Positions 1-11,817 are shown, counted from the whole stretch's first letter. The stretch is 63,521 bases of DNA, filler included, from Licmophora abbreviata (GCA_900291995.1; 14 parts of 14 records of this genome joined end to end with filler, not necessarily neighbours in it); one strand, 5' to 3'. Numbers and translations: made by a program. The notes: generated by a model from the letters alone, not told the origin.

Positions 1-40
1 CCCTTCTTCCGCGCTACTCGTGTTCAGAAGACTGTCTTCG

Positions 41-2097
41 ATGGCCTACGGTCGGCGTAATTTCATTGCGTACCAAAGAAGCGTCAGCGGCGCTCTCCCC
101 CTTCCGGCTTCCGCACGATCCTACCGTGGCAAGGTCATTGCTTTTTGCATCGTGACTTGTTTCTACACGGCCTTTCTCTATCGATCGGGTGTGTCTTTCC
201 TTTTTCGGGTGAAAGCTTTCTTGCACATGAAGATTCGCATCCGCAGATTTCTCATTTTTTACCCTTCCATTCCTTTTTTCAGGCGGCGCGGGTAGCTTCT
301 TGGGCAAGAACACGGTCGCTCCGGATCCCGCCGTTGCCGCGGCTGCCAACAAGGGCATGCTGTCGATGGTCGCTGCGGGTCGCCGCATGGCCGTGACGAC
401 GTGGAACATTGCCGCCATCAACAACAATCCCTTCGAGTACTGGATCACCATCAAGGACAATGTCGACTATGAGCGCTTGATGGTTAGCATTGAACAGTTT
501 TTGGAAAGTCCGGGAGACAAGGATGTGCCCGTTTCGCAGGTCTTTACAGAGGATATGTTCAAGCAGCTTGACGCGAGACTGACAGCGGTCGGATGGAAGA
601 GTGTGAAGGAATACTGGGATGATGATTTCAAGAGCCGCAAAATTGTGTCTGGATTCATGAAGGTGCGTGATTGGCCAAGATTGTGTGTGTGACGGACAGA
701 AGCGCCGATGAACACACGCAAGCTCGTGGTAGGATCTTACGCTTTCACTTTGCATGTTTTGTTCGATACTGCAGGACCCCTTGTTGGGAAGCAAGCGTCT
801 CGCATCCATGCCGGACCGCATCACCAATACCATTAACGTGCAGGACAGTCCGGACCCGGTTTGTCGTCCCACCGTCATCAACATGTACGAGGGAGACTTG
901 AGCACGATGGACAAGTGGTGGGCAGAGTGGCAGCGATTCATGTTTGATTCTCCGCTTAAGATCAGCGGTAAGGAGGGCGTCGAGGAAAGGATTCCGTACT
1001 CCATGCTGCAGCCGATCAAGAAGGCCAAGTATCCGGATATCACCGAGCAGGAAGAAAAGGACTCGCTTCCGCTTCAGACCATGTGCGGCGCCATTTTTGA
1101 CGCCATCCTTGTTCACAGTAAGTAGTTGACACCTGTCGTTGTACGCTGGTGTGTTCTCCTTACCTTTTGTCGCTCACCACAACCCTTCGCGCCAATTTAC
1201 TCAGTGATGAACACGGTATCGACGCCAGACACGTGGCAGCCGCTCAAGCGGACCATGGTCGACTCGCTAAATCGAAAGAAAGTTCCACATACCATGCAGA
1301 TTCTTGAAAGCACCTATATCGATTCCGATGTTATCACCCTTCAAGAAGTATCGGCAGCTTTCATTGACCAAGCGCGGGGCAGCGCTCTTGGCAAACAATT
1401 CCATATTGTGGCACCGCGCGCGTTGGATGCCGTCCGCGACCAGAACTCTGTCATTTGCCTCAACCGCAAGACTTTCCCGGGCGGAGCAAGTTCAGAAATC
1501 ACGTCCAGCGTTGAAGCCGCGTTCCCTGAGGGTGTCGCGGTCCCCGTCGCCAAGGGCGATATCCTTGCCATTACGACGACGAACTCAGACGGCGTGCCTT
1601 TCGTCGTTGCATCTTTCCACGGTGATACCAATGGACTTGCTACCAAGCCCGTTACCGACGCGATTGTGAAGACCATGGCGTCCGATAGCAAGCTGGTGAG
1701 TCACCGTCTCGTGTTTGGTCTCGACGCCAATACGTACGAGCACGCGACGCCAGGCAAGACACAGGACGTCCTTGACTTTGGGAAGCGTTACGTGTCGCAT
1801 GGCTTGACAAGCTGCTGGGGTGACGTACCAAAGGCCAACAACTACACGACGTACAATGCGCGCACCTATCTACAGCCGCAGCTCAACAAGGCGTGCAAGC
1901 AGAGCGAAAAGCGGCAAAAGGGCGATGTCAACCCGAAGGACTTTATCTTGTTTGGAAAGAAGGATTTCAATATTGTGGAGACGTGGAAAGACAATACTGG
2001 CGAGAAGAAGTACATTGAGGACATGGCATTCCCGACTCTTGACTTTCCAAGTGATCATGGCATTCTCGCTACGATTGTCAAACCAAAGAACCCATAA
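41..2097 (+). CDS. Endonuclease/exonuclease/phosphatase (EEP) superfamily protein with N-terminal membrane anchor; exons 41-188, 283-662, 775-1117, 1205-2097
   Basis: Three GT-AG introns join the ORFs in frame. EEP motifs: TWNIA, VITLQEV, SFHGD, FGLDAN and C-terminal PSDH. Hydrophobic segment VIAFCIVTCFYTAFL. Confidence 0.8.
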
Positions 2098-2225
2098 ATT
2101 TGAATAGCGTACTGGTGGTTTAGAAATGTACTAAGGCCTAACAAAAGCCCTCGGAACATATCCAATCCCTATGAGTGTTGCTCTTTCGTAGTGGCGAACC
2201 GTGCAGCAATACGAGAAACGATGTA

Positions 2226-3452
2226 TCACTCAAGCTCAGTCTTCAGGTGCTGTCTCAATGGAGCGAGATGAAGAGTAAACAGCTTGAAGCCCTCTGTGTG
2301 AACTTCATCCGGAAACTCACTTTTGATTTCTGCTACCATGCGTAGGTGATGCGTTAGACATCGCCTCATTTCGGTATACGACACATTCAAAGGCAGCCCC
2401 CGAGTTAGACACGCGTCTAGTACCTCAAGGTCTGTAAGCGAATCGCATCCATCCTGATCGTTTCCTTCTTCTATTAGCAGCTCGTCGTCATCCACAACAT
2501 CCGATGCTTTACGGAGAATCTCGTTCCGATTCCATCTTGATGGCGACAAGTGAGTTACAGGACCAGAGATCCAGTCAGGCCAGTTCTGATTTACTCCAGA
2601 CGCCAGTGCCAATGTCACCACATACTCTCTTGGGTACGTATTAAAATGCGCCAAAGTGCCCATTGGAAGCCGAACAGCATCAACCTCCGCCATATTTTGA
2701 CTCGCAAAGGCTTGGTAGAGTAATTTTCCGTCGAATATGGGCCCAGCAGCATCTTCACCATGCTTGTGAACCTTCAATCGAGCATGTTTCACATGGATCG
2801 TGACTGACCCCCAAAAGAACTTGGCAAGTTTAGAATATTGCTGTCGACGCTGTCCATATTCTATGTTTGCAAAATCTTCAATGTCTCGACCGTTTAGAAA
2901 TTGCCGTGTCAGGACCTGCCGTGGGCACGCGACGACAAGTATCATTGGAATGTACCCGATTCCAGGAATGGCCCAAAAAGCGAGCAGAGGCAACATGGTT
3001 CGCAAATCTTCTTGTATGAACCTTCGCTGCTCTTCATGCTGTCTTCTAGGAATCCGACCAGGTCTTGCTTCGTTGTCGTAGATACGCCAGAGCAATGGCT
3101 CCTTAGCATTGTCACCATGCTGCGGCGACTTGATCGTCCAAGCGTTTCTTGACGTTCGCGAAGCGGCATGAATGTTTCTGTAGCGGAGCAGGTCCTCATA
3201 CATCGCCCTGACCCCTTTTGGGAAGTTCTTAACACGCTCCCACGGCGTGCTCGGCCTGTGTTGTTTAGAGGAACCCGATGTCTCATTCTTGACCGATGCA
3301 GTTGTCTTGAGACGTGCGAATCTCATCTGTGATGGCAAGAGCATTCTCCGCTGATGGAAGCTCTTCATCAGTGAACGAGCCCCCATCGCCCGACTTAGAC
3401 ATGTGATTTTCCTTCTAGAGAAACCTGAAATCATGCTGCCTGCAAGATCCAT
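2226..3452 (-). CDS. LETM1-like (ribosome-binding domain) mitochondrial protein
   Basis: Basic presequence, DLRTMLPLLAFWAIPGIGYIP...PRQVLTRQF transmembrane motif, and DDELL...LTDLEVLDACLTRGL C-terminal motif typical of LETM1/LETMD1. Confidence 0.7.
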   Translation of the reverse strand: MDLAGSMISGFSRRKITCLSRAMGARSLMKSFHQRRMLLPSQMRFARLKTTASVKNETSGSSKQHRPSTPWERVKNFPKGVRAMYEDLLRYRNIHAASRTSRNAWTIKSPQHGDNAKEPLLWRIYDNEARPGRIPRRQHEEQRRFIQEDLRTMLPLLAFWAIPGIGYIPMILVVACPRQVLTRQFLNGRDIEDFANIEYGQRRQQYSKLAKFFWGSVTIHVKHARLKVHKHGEDAAGPIFDGKLLYQAFASQNMAEVDAVRLPMGTLAHFNTYPREYVVTLALASGVNQNWPDWISGPVTHLSPSRWNRNEILRKASDVVDDDELLIEEGNDQDGCDSLTDLEVLDACLTRGLPLNVSYTEMRRCLTHHLRMVAEIKSEFPDEVHTEGFKLFTLHLAPLRQHLKTELE

Positions 3453-3888
3453 GAATTTTAAGGCTGGTTCATCGCGAGGACATGGAGCATCAGTTGTCTG
3501 GACATTGAAAATGGCTTCCTCAACCGCCCGCCGACGACGAGGATCGCGTCTCTTCGCACAATTTTCAATTTTCGGTCACGAACGGTGACGTCACTCGTGA
3601 TGGCTGTATGCTTCTGTTCGCCTACAACAAGTTTTTTTTCGTTGCGTAGTTGTAGTGGCTCTCTCTCTGTCTTCAGCTCCCCATGCGTATACAGCAACAA
3701 TAGCAAGCAGACCTCTAGCAGAGACCATCATGAATTGCCGACGTGACCAGAGCAAGGTACCCACAGACTGTTGGGCTATATATGTGCAAGTTCTGCGAGT
3801 CGACATCTACTATAGTACCAAGTGAAGGGGAGAGTGACCTCGCATATTCCGATGCCTGTATACCCTTGCCTAGTTCAGATTATCCTTT

Positions 3889-4521
3889 TTATTTCCATCG
3901 ACCTATTCGTTGCCACCAGTCAAGCTGATCTCCGTACTTCTGTGTCTCTGGCTGTTGCTGCTTCGGTACACGGGCGCTGTCATTGTCGCCGCTCACTTGC
4001 AATGGCTCTCCGATCGGGAACTTTTCCATTACGAATCGATGATTGTTCACAATGAAGCCAACAGCTTGTCGGTGAACCATAAGCTCCCATCTGGCATGCT
4101 TGGCATCGTCTCGGTACTGGTTGTGTCGTTTCGCACATTCCCGGAGATCCTCCGGAGAGCAGCTGGGAGATTTCCGCAAGACGTCATAGCGCTCCTTTTG
4201 TTCTTGCATGCACCTCATCGCATATAGAATCTTTTCACCTTGTCTACCTAAGGCCTGGCCCATGGTCGAACGTAATTCGTCCTCGAGCGATTTCAGGTGC
4301 AGGGCCGGATCATGAGTCTCTCGAATGTGCTCGAGATATTGATTGGAAGTGTCCGTATTCTTGACCAATTTCGCACTTCGTTCCCAGGATTGTGTTGGGT
4401 CAGATGGTCCCGTAGCCGAGTACACCGAAGCGTTAATGCCGCGAAGAAGTCTTGTTGAATCCAAAAGACGCCGACGACCTTCGTACACCACCGATGGTTG
4501 GATGCAAGCCATTCGGTACAT
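3889..4521 (-). CDS. Conserved hypothetical helical protein, probably mitochondrial (DUF6665-like motif)
   Basis: Clean ORF with Arg-rich N-terminus and LEDEL...ALGRQGEK...RWELMVHRQAVGF motif. Confidence 0.55.
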   Translation of the reverse strand: MYRMACIQPSVVYEGRRRLLDSTRLLRGINASVYSATGPSDPTQSWERSAKLVKNTDTSNQYLEHIRETHDPALHLKSLEDELRSTMGQALGRQGEKILYAMRCMQEQKERYDVLRKSPSCSPEDLRECAKRHNQYRDDAKHARWELMVHRQAVGFIVNNHRFVMEKFPIGEPLQVSGDNDSARVPKQQQPETQKYGDQLDWWQRIGRWK

Positions 4522-4680
4522 CTTGCTCTCCAAGAACACCCAGAAAATGATTCACAAAACACTAACTTTCTTCGTCTTTATGGAAACAGACAACATTTAC
4601 AAATCCGGCAAAACTACCACAGGTACAACAACAACATGCCTCGTCAACCCACCGCCGGCGTCGAAGGTGCGTCGTCGTCC

Positions 4681-4737
4681 GTCGTCGTCTCGCTGTGGCT
4701 TTTTCCTCGTCGGTCTGTCGTCGTCTCGCTGTGGCTT
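4681..4737. repeat. 21-nt direct repeat (GTCGTCGTCTCGCTGTGGCTT) x2 in a divergent intergenic region
   Basis: Identical copies at 4681-4701 and 4717-4737. Confidence 0.85.
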
Positions 4738-5057
4738 GTCATGGTCGTCTCTAACAATGGAATCCGGAATGTTCGATACTTGTTGAACTCAATTCACATC
4801 GAATCCATTCTCCACCACCGGGTCATTCCATATTTGACCCCTTCGACTCAGAAAGCATACTGACGTGTACACTTGCAGCAAATTTGATGACGACAGCCTT
4901 TCCAAAAATGCCGATCATCGCAAGAAGCTGATGAAGAACGTGGCGAAATGAGACGAAGACGGACATCCTGCAACGCGTGGAAACAGATTCCACTCATCTT
5001 TTACTTGTCCTGCACCTCTTCGTGCGCAGCCTTTCTTCTACTTCTCTCTCCACTACC

Positions 5058-6534
5058 ATGCCTCCGGATGCCGACAAACTTCGCCAGCGTAAGGTTCATG
5101 CCGAGCAAGACAAGCAGGATGAAGCCGCTACTACGCAGCGCATTTGTTCTTTGAAGAATCTCAAGGGCACCGAAGTCTGTATCGATGGAGGAATTTACGA
5201 CATTGCGGACTTTGATCATCCCGGAGGAGACACGATTCTAATCTTTGGAGGAAACGACGTGACGGTTCAGTACCGCATGATTCATCCTTACCATACCTCC
5301 AAGCATCTCGAAAAGATGAAGCGTGTCGGCACTGTCGCGGACGCTACGTGCGAGTACGTTGCTCCTGTAGTTTCTTTTGTGTTGAGCTTGTCCGGTTTCC
5401 ATGGCTGTAGTCTGACCTGATCTTCTCTTGTGGTCTTTTAACAGATACAAGTTTGATACCCCATTCGAACAAGAAATCAAGCGAGAAGTCTTCAAGATTG
5501 TCCGACGTGGACGCGAGTTCGGCACATTCGGCTACTTTCTCCGCGCCTTCTTTTACATCGGACTCTTCTTCACCTTGCAGTTCCTGTGGGTGACGATGGG
5601 ATCGTCCCTTCTTCTCGCAGTCGTCTATGGTATTTCTCAAGCCTTTATTGGTCTCAATGTGCAGCACGATGCCAACCACGGAGCGGCCTCCAGGAAGCCT
5701 TGGGTCAACGACCTGCTGGGACTTGGCGCTGATTTCATCGGAGGCTCCAAGTGGCTCTGGTTGGAACAGCACTGGACGCACCATACGTACACAAACCATT
5801 GCGAGAAGGATCCTGACAGCGTTGGAGCCGAGCCGATGCTGTTGTTCAACGACTACCCTCTTGGTCATCCCGCTCGTACGTGGATGCACAACTTTCAAGT
5901 TTTTTTCTATGCCCCTGTTTTGGCGGGGTACTGGATTTCGTCTGTGTTTAACCCTCAAGTGCTAGATTTGCAGCAGCGTGGGGCACAGAGCGTGGGCATT
6001 CGTCTTGACAATGATTTCATCGTCAGCCGTCGCAAGTATGCCATCATGTTGCGTATCCTGTACATCTTGACCAATATCGTTTCACCATTCATTCACCACG
6101 GCTTGACTTGGGAGCCGTTGATGCACATCATGATCATGGGCGTGGCCGAAAGTCTAACTTTGGCCATTCCGTTCAGTCTGTCGCACAACTTTGAAGACTG
6201 CGATCGCGATCCGACTGTGGATGTTCGCAAGACGGGAGAACCCGTGTGCTGGTTCAAGAGTCAAGTTGAAACGTCGTGCACGTATGGAGGATTCATCTCG
6301 GGTTGCTTGACCGGTGGACTGAACTTTCAGGTGGAACATCACCTGTTCCCTCGCATGTCGAGCGCTTGGTATCCGTACATTGCTCCGACCGTGCGTGAGG
6401 TGTGCAAGAAACATGGTGTCAAGTATGCCTACTATCCGTGGATCCTACAGAACCTGGTTTCAACCCTCAAGTACATGCATGCCACTGGCACGGGTGCTCA
6501 CTGGATCAAAGACCCCCTGTCTGGAAAGAACTGA
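5058..6534 (+). CDS. Front-end delta-5 fatty acid desaturase (cytochrome b5 fusion); exons 5058-5353, 5445-6534
   Basis: HPGG haem motif, His boxes HDANH, QHWTHH and QVEHHLFP. N-terminus MPPDADKLRQR resembles the Phaeodactylum delta-5 desaturase. Confidence 0.92.
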
Positions 6535-6734
6535 AATGGGTCGGCGTGCACTTGCTTTCTTTGCTAGTAAGTATCCTAACGATCTACACTTATTTGCGAG
6601 TGTGTTACATAATATAAGGACTTGCCCTGGATAAAGTTATTGAGTATATCAGTGGCTAGCTAGGTACAGTTGATGCGGTTCCTAAAGCTTGAAGTGCCAA
6701 CTCCTTTTGAGTAATTGCAATGCTTGTTCACTTT

Positions 6735-7070
6735 CTATAGGTTGGGGTTCAAGTCCGGCAGCAGTAAGCCAGCCCTGGCCGCTGCTCGCCGACTCATTTC
6801 TTTTGGAGACAGTTTAACTTCCGCTCCTGTATCGAGATCATAGAGTATTTGTCGCTCCTTCAAGTCGTGTCGTAGCATAGAATATTCATAAGCTATCTTG
6901 CGCAGTTTGTTGGCTTTGTCCAGCGGTGCCGACTGTGCTGCTCGGTATTGCTGAACTACAAACGTCCGTGTAGGCAGTGAGGAATCACCGACCAAGTCAG
7001 TCTTGGTTTTGAGTCGCCGCAGAATCGATCTTAGAACGTGTAGAGGAGGTATTGACTTGTAGGATGCCAT
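6735..7070 (-). CDS. FMC1-like / LYR-family mitochondrial assembly factor
   Basis: LRSILRRL LYR-like start and C-terminal RRAAARAGLLLP resembling the FMC1 tail. Confidence 0.6.
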   Translation of the reverse strand: MASYKSIPPLHVLRSILRRLKTKTDLVGDSSLPTRTFVVQQYRAAQSAPLDKANKLRKIAYEYSMLRHDLKERQILYDLDTGAEVKLSPKEMSRRAAARAGLLLPDLNPNL

Positions 7071-7388
7071 GGAAGAAACAAGTGTGGAGTAGCCACAGAA
7101 GCCGGTCTGAGCAACGGGGAACGACCGCCGAGTGACGAGGAAGGAGGGACACTGCACCATCTTGCGAATCGATGTTTTCGCTTCAAGGAAAGCGCGCGAA
7201 AAAATGAAACCTGAACGACTCGTTCGACTCAGAAGCGTCGCGCGGCCTAACACACAGACGAGAGTTCGACCAGCATCGTCGCATCACACACATCAAGCTG
7301 ATCGGCAATGGCACCCGGTACCCGGCATATAGTTTCGTACTCCATTCACACTGCACTTGGCACCCCAACGCTACTTTAAAATACTATA

Positions 7389-7616
7389 ATGGTGGACATA
7401 AGATCAGATGACAAAGTTGTGTGCGAGGACTGTGACAAGAGCACTCAAAAAGATCTTCCAGAGCGCGACCCAACGTCTGCTTCGGGAATGCCGTGCGAAC
7501 AGGCCTACGCGGCCGTTAGCGACTGTATGAGGCAACACCAGGGGCAGATTTCTATGTGTACAATACAATGGGATCGTTTCAAGCAGTGTCATGCTGGAGC
7601 TAAAAGTCGTTCTTGA
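7389..7616 (+). CDS. Small twin-CX9C (CHCH) mitochondrial intermembrane-space protein
   Basis: C-EQAYAAVSD-C and C-TIQWDRFKQ-C in a 75-aa ORF. Confidence 0.75.
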   Translation: MVDIRSDDKVVCEDCDKSTQKDLPERDPTSASGMPCEQAYAAVSDCMRQHQGQISMCTIQWDRFKQCHAGAKSRS

Positions 7617-7656
7617 CTACTTTCGCAACTCTTTAAAAATAAGCTAAGAGTGTACA

Positions 7657-10020
7657 TCACAAGGCAACTGACTCATCGAACTCAACTCCAGCGAACAGAC
7701 CAGTCTCGGCTCTTGGGGGTGTCCGCGTCACTGGGGGAGGAAGAGCAGAGTAGGGAACATACGAAGGCGCAGAATGCGGAGCTCGTCTCGTGTACGCTCG
7801 CTTTTGTCTTCTCTCTGTTTTCTCCCTTCTCTTGACAAGTTCCATCACCTCCTCGTCAAGTTCGCTGACAATGAGATGTATCTTCGATGGTTTCACGTTG
7901 GTCTTGTAAGACATGTATTCAATCAGAGTCCCATAGTGCGGATGAAATGGCTCTGGGGTCTCGAAGGCAGGAAGTCTGTTGTTCTCGTGTTCCACTCGCA
8001 GTCGTCGCGACGTATGGCTCTTGCGATCTGAATACGCCACATAGTGCCCCAAAGCGTTCGCATCGGCCCATCGAGCTCGCGAGTTCTCCAGACGCATGTA
8101 CCAGACATGAAGCTTCTGCTTTCGCCACATCGTTCGCGGCTGATTGGGATTTCTACCACCGAACAGAACGGGGTTAGGTCGAACAGCAGTCGTCGTGGTG
8201 CCATTGTTCGGGGTTTGTGAGGAGGCAGTTTGGTGCTTGCTATTGTCGTTGTTTCTGTCGTCGTCATCGTCGTCGTCGTCGTCGTCTAGCAATGCAGAAA
8301 ACTTGGGGAAAATCGGCGCACTGTCGTCAAATAGAGTCTCTTCCAAGTAATCGAGGTATCCCTCAAGACGTGGGCCGTTTGCCACGAGACGAACGTGCTC
8401 ATCGTTGTATGGCACGAAACGATCCCTCTTTGCTTGATTCGCCCGTCGCTTGGCTGTTCGTGCTTCGATATCTCCACCCCTCGAAGTTCTATTTGCTCGA
8501 ATACCTTTCTTCACCACCGAGCTAGGAGGGGTATCTTGATCCGTCGACGAGTACGCTCTCGTTTCCCACCCGGGCACCATTTTGCACGCCACTGCGATGA
8601 CCGCTAAAACATGCGCCGAGCTCCATAGTTTGTCGGGGTGTGCAAGTTCGAGGGCCGCTGGCAGCCACGCGCGTGGGGGAGCCATTGTCGGTAATCCCAT
8701 CAAAGAAAGAGCGTAGTCCAAGACGCGGTTTCCGAAACCCAAGTCACGAACAAGTCGTCTCGTCATCAACGGGACCGCTTCGGTTGTCAGGAACGAGAAC
8801 TCAGGCCGCGAGCCGAATTTCACGTTCTTTCGATTCTTACTAGCCGTAGCTCCAGCGATTCTACAGTGATTGCTCACTTCTCCATTATGATTTCCATGGA
8901 GATGAGCAAACGCTTTGAGACGACACGCCACCGCAATCTTGCATGCAAGGTCTTCCATTGCGATCGACGTGGGCAGCTTTGTCAGTTTGAATGCTGATGA
9001 TACAAAATTGAGTACGACCTGGTGTTCTTCGTCCAGACAGTGTTTGAAAGCATTCTGAAGAGGAAGAGCGCCGTTGGCAATCCAACCAAGAACTTGTTGG
9101 ATCGTCACTCCAGCGCGAGATGTCGCCATCCACAAGAGGCAAGCCACAAGCCGCATGGAAGGTTTGATCACAAGAGCACATTCCAGTCTGCCGCGGTCAC
9201 CGCGATCCCAGTACATTGCCATTAACGAATCAATGGAGCGATATCTGGGGCTCTGTCGCTCCACATTCTTTATGAATGTCTTGTCGACCATTGTAAGCTC
9301 CTCGGACGGTACACGATCAGGTTGATGCCGCTCATCCTCCGAGTCATCGCTACTTATTGACCCGTCCTCAGCTTCAAACTCCTCCTTAACTTCCTTGGCA
9401 ATCGTGTAAGACAAATGCCTGAGTATCAACGCCCTCTGTATAGGCTGGAGGAAGTAATCTCGCAAGCAGAAACGAATTTCGGGGTGTAGCTTGCCGTAAA
9501 ACTCTGCTCCGTCTGCCCACGACTGCAGATAGGCTTGCCAGAGGGAGCGTACCGTCGTTTCGACTGCTTTGCACTGCTCGTCATCGTCCAAGCCAACCAG
9601 GTCACAGATACAGACTATGCAGTGCTTCAACACTTTCTGTATGCCATGCAAGCATGTCTCGAGATCCGGAAAGGGGACGCTGGTATCATATTCTTCCAGC
9701 GGTCTGCGCCTCTTATGTGCTGGGAGCTCGCCCCTCCCTTTGCGAAGGCGGGCAGCGGGGAGAATAAGTCCTTTCCTTGTACGGCCTGCCAATGCTTGCA
9801 CCTGCTGTATATCCAATTCAGTACTTTCCGCAGTCATGGCTTGGGACTGTGTAAAACATGATGAACAGCACAGAGTCCCCGCCACATCCTCGTAGGAATC
9901 GGTGCCTCCGCAATTGAGGCAGACAAAATGAGCGTCTTCATCGTCGTATAACTCGTTACGAGAGGGCTCTCCCAGTGATGGTCCATTATGATAATGATCA
10001 TCGTCTAGGTAAAACGACAT
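7657..10020 (-). CDS. RNA polymerase I initiation factor RRN7/TAF1B-like protein
   Basis: N-terminal Zn ribbon (CLNCG...CSSC), LWQAYL, and LLWMA...QVLGWIANGALP cyclin-fold motifs seen in TAF1B/Rrn7. Confidence 0.6.
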   Translation of the reverse strand: MSFYLDDDHYHNGPSLGEPSRNELYDDEDAHFVCLNCGGTDSYEDVAGTLCCSSCFTQSQAMTAESTELDIQQVQALAGRTRKGLILPAARLRKGRGELPAHKRRRPLEEYDTSVPFPDLETCLHGIQKVLKHCIVCICDLVGLDDDEQCKAVETTVRSLWQAYLQSWADGAEFYGKLHPEIRFCLRDYFLQPIQRALILRHLSYTIAKEVKEEFEAEDGSISSDDSEDERHQPDRVPSEELTMVDKTFIKNVERQSPRYRSIDSLMAMYWDRGDRGRLECALVIKPSMRLVACLLWMATSRAGVTIQQVLGWIANGALPLQNAFKHCLDEEHQVVLNFVSSAFKLTKLPTSIAMEDLACKIAVACRLKAFAHLHGNHNGEVSNHCRIAGATASKNRKNVKFGSRPEFSFLTTEAVPLMTRRLVRDLGFGNRVLDYALSLMGLPTMAPPRAWLPAALELAHPDKLWSSAHVLAVIAVACKMVPGWETRAYSSTDQDTPPSSVVKKGIRANRTSRGGDIEARTAKRRANQAKRDRFVPYNDEHVRLVANGPRLEGYLDYLEETLFDDSAPIFPKFSALLDDDDDDDDDDRNNDNSKHQTASSQTPNNGTTTTAVRPNPVLFGGRNPNQPRTMWRKQKLHVWYMRLENSRARWADANALGHYVAYSDRKSHTSRRLRVEHENNRLPAFETPEPFHPHYGTLIEYMSYKTNVKPSKIHLIVSELDEEVMELVKRREKTERRQKRAYTRRAPHSAPSYVPYSALPPPVTRTPPRAETGLFAGVEFDESVAL

Positions 10021-10503
10021 CAAATGATTTGTAACCTGGTGATCGTTCGTAGATTGACGGCGGTGAGAGATGGCATCATCATGGTCGCGACGGGCGACGA
10101 CTTCTTATTGTGATCACACCCGCCGCGCGCGCTGTCAAACAAACGCGAAGTCTGCAGCAGAAGAGTGCTTCCGTTATCCCTATCACACCATGAGCTCTCT
10201 ATTACCTACACGACTACAACAAGAGTTCACTATACTGCTCGTACTGATCCAATCCATGAGCTTACTGTTTCATCCTTTGTTACTGCTAAAAAGTGCAGCA
10301 AAGAAGCCCACTCATATCCTGAAAGTGGACTCTGCCGGTGGTCCTCCTCTCACCCAGAGTTAGACACAACACTACCCGGTTCTACAACAATGTCGTAGCA
10401 CGCAGCCAGCTGATGCGCACGTAGATTTGCAATTCAAGTCTGACGACATGAGGCGCGACTCTCCCTTCTCCACAAAGAAACATATAGGGACAGCACTTGC
10501 GAG

Positions 10504-11817
10504 CTAGTCTCTCCAAGACTCTTCCGTGTTGAGATAGACATACTCTTGCAGGGCCTTGTTCCATACTTGACCAGGTTTCGCCTCGTGTTCGGTCTTAACC
10601 GCCGCATCTAGAAGTCGCTTTCGTTCCTCTTCCTCCCTCTTCTTTCTCGCTTCTTCGCTTTCTCTCGCAAGGCGCTCAGCCTCAAGCTGGCGCTTTTCCT
10701 CTCTCGCCGCTCTTGCCGCTCCATGGACTACCGTCAGTTCCTGCAGTGTGGCAGCCAGATCGCGACACAACGCAGCGTCTTCGTCGTCTTGCACCAAAGC
10801 ACGCTGCAACCACGGAATGTACCTCACAGCCTGTCTCTCCAAGCCATATCGATCACTCGCGATCCCATGCAAGGAACGTCGCGATCTTTCTAACTTCGCA
10901 AGTTGATCCATTACAAGCTTGAATTGATCGAGAAGTTCGTCACCGACCAACTGATCGACATTGTTCTCTGTATCCAAAGACGTACCGATCATTTGCAACA
11001 CACTCTTTGAATTCTCCATACGCTGTTGAAGCGACTCAGCTTGTGTCCAAAGCTCCATCAGAGACGTAGTGGACAAGACGGTCTTGCGACGTGGCGTTCC
11101 GCCTCCGCTATTGCGTCGACGCTTCTTGACCGGGGGTGACTTGCCAGTTCCCTCCAGTCCAGATGACTTGGCATCGATCGTCAAATTTATGTCCAAGTGA
11201 CCCAGACCTTCGGATTCACCCCGTGTGGACCCCCCGATTCCCCCAAAACCGAGCGAGTCGTCATCACTGCTCTCATCATTGTTGGTGCTCGACGTCGACA
11301 TTGCCAGATCTTCCTTGAGTACGGGCGTCGGCGCCGCCGTTTCGGCTTTGTCTTCTGGCTGCGCTATGGGAGAGAAATTGACATCCTCTTGTGACTCAGA
11401 CTGACTGTTATCCTTATTACGATACCTTTCGACGCCATGCAGTAGTTCTGAAATGAACCGCGTGGAGTACACTTGCCGATCGCCCCAAATTTTGGCTGTC
11501 CTTCGTACTCTTTCTACCGTTTCGGCATCACTCCTAGAACAAATAAAAACCAAGCCTTGCCCCAGAACAGGCGAAAAGGCTTCTAAAAACTTGTTGCCAC
11601 GATTGCGCTTGGAGTTTTGCAAAACTTCATTGGCCACGTACAAGAGGGGCAAGAGCTGAGGCTGTTGTACCGTCTGCAAGGCGTTCCGCCATTCCGTGAC
11701 AGCAACGCCCGCTGATTTATCGTAATGCTTCATCATAGCACCCGCTGCACGATGAATTCCCGGCGCCGACATGTCGGTCGAGGTGAGAATCGAACGCAAC
11801 GCGGACGAGTCCGACAT
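10504..11817 (-). CDS. CID-domain protein (RPRD1/Rtt103-like, binds the Pol II CTD)
   Basis: LLYVANEVLQNSKR and RTAKIWGDRQVY CID motifs, followed by a coiled coil. Confidence 0.85.
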   Translation of the reverse strand: MSDSSALRSILTSTDMSAPGIHRAAGAMMKHYDKSAGVAVTEWRNALQTVQQPQLLPLLYVANEVLQNSKRNRGNKFLEAFSPVLGQGLVFICSRSDAETVERVRRTAKIWGDRQVYSTRFISELLHGVERYRNKDNSQSESQEDVNFSPIAQPEDKAETAAPTPVLKEDLAMSTSSTNNDESSDDDSLGFGGIGGSTRGESEGLGHLDINLTIDAKSSGLEGTGKSPPVKKRRRNSGGGTPRRKTVLSTTSLMELWTQAESLQQRMENSKSVLQMIGTSLDTENNVDQLVGDELLDQFKLVMDQLAKLERSRRSLHGIASDRYGLERQAVRYIPWLQRALVQDDEDAALCRDLAATLQELTVVHGAARAAREEKRQLEAERLARESEEARKKREEEERKRLLDAAVKTEHEAKPGQVWNKALQEYVYLNTEESWRD

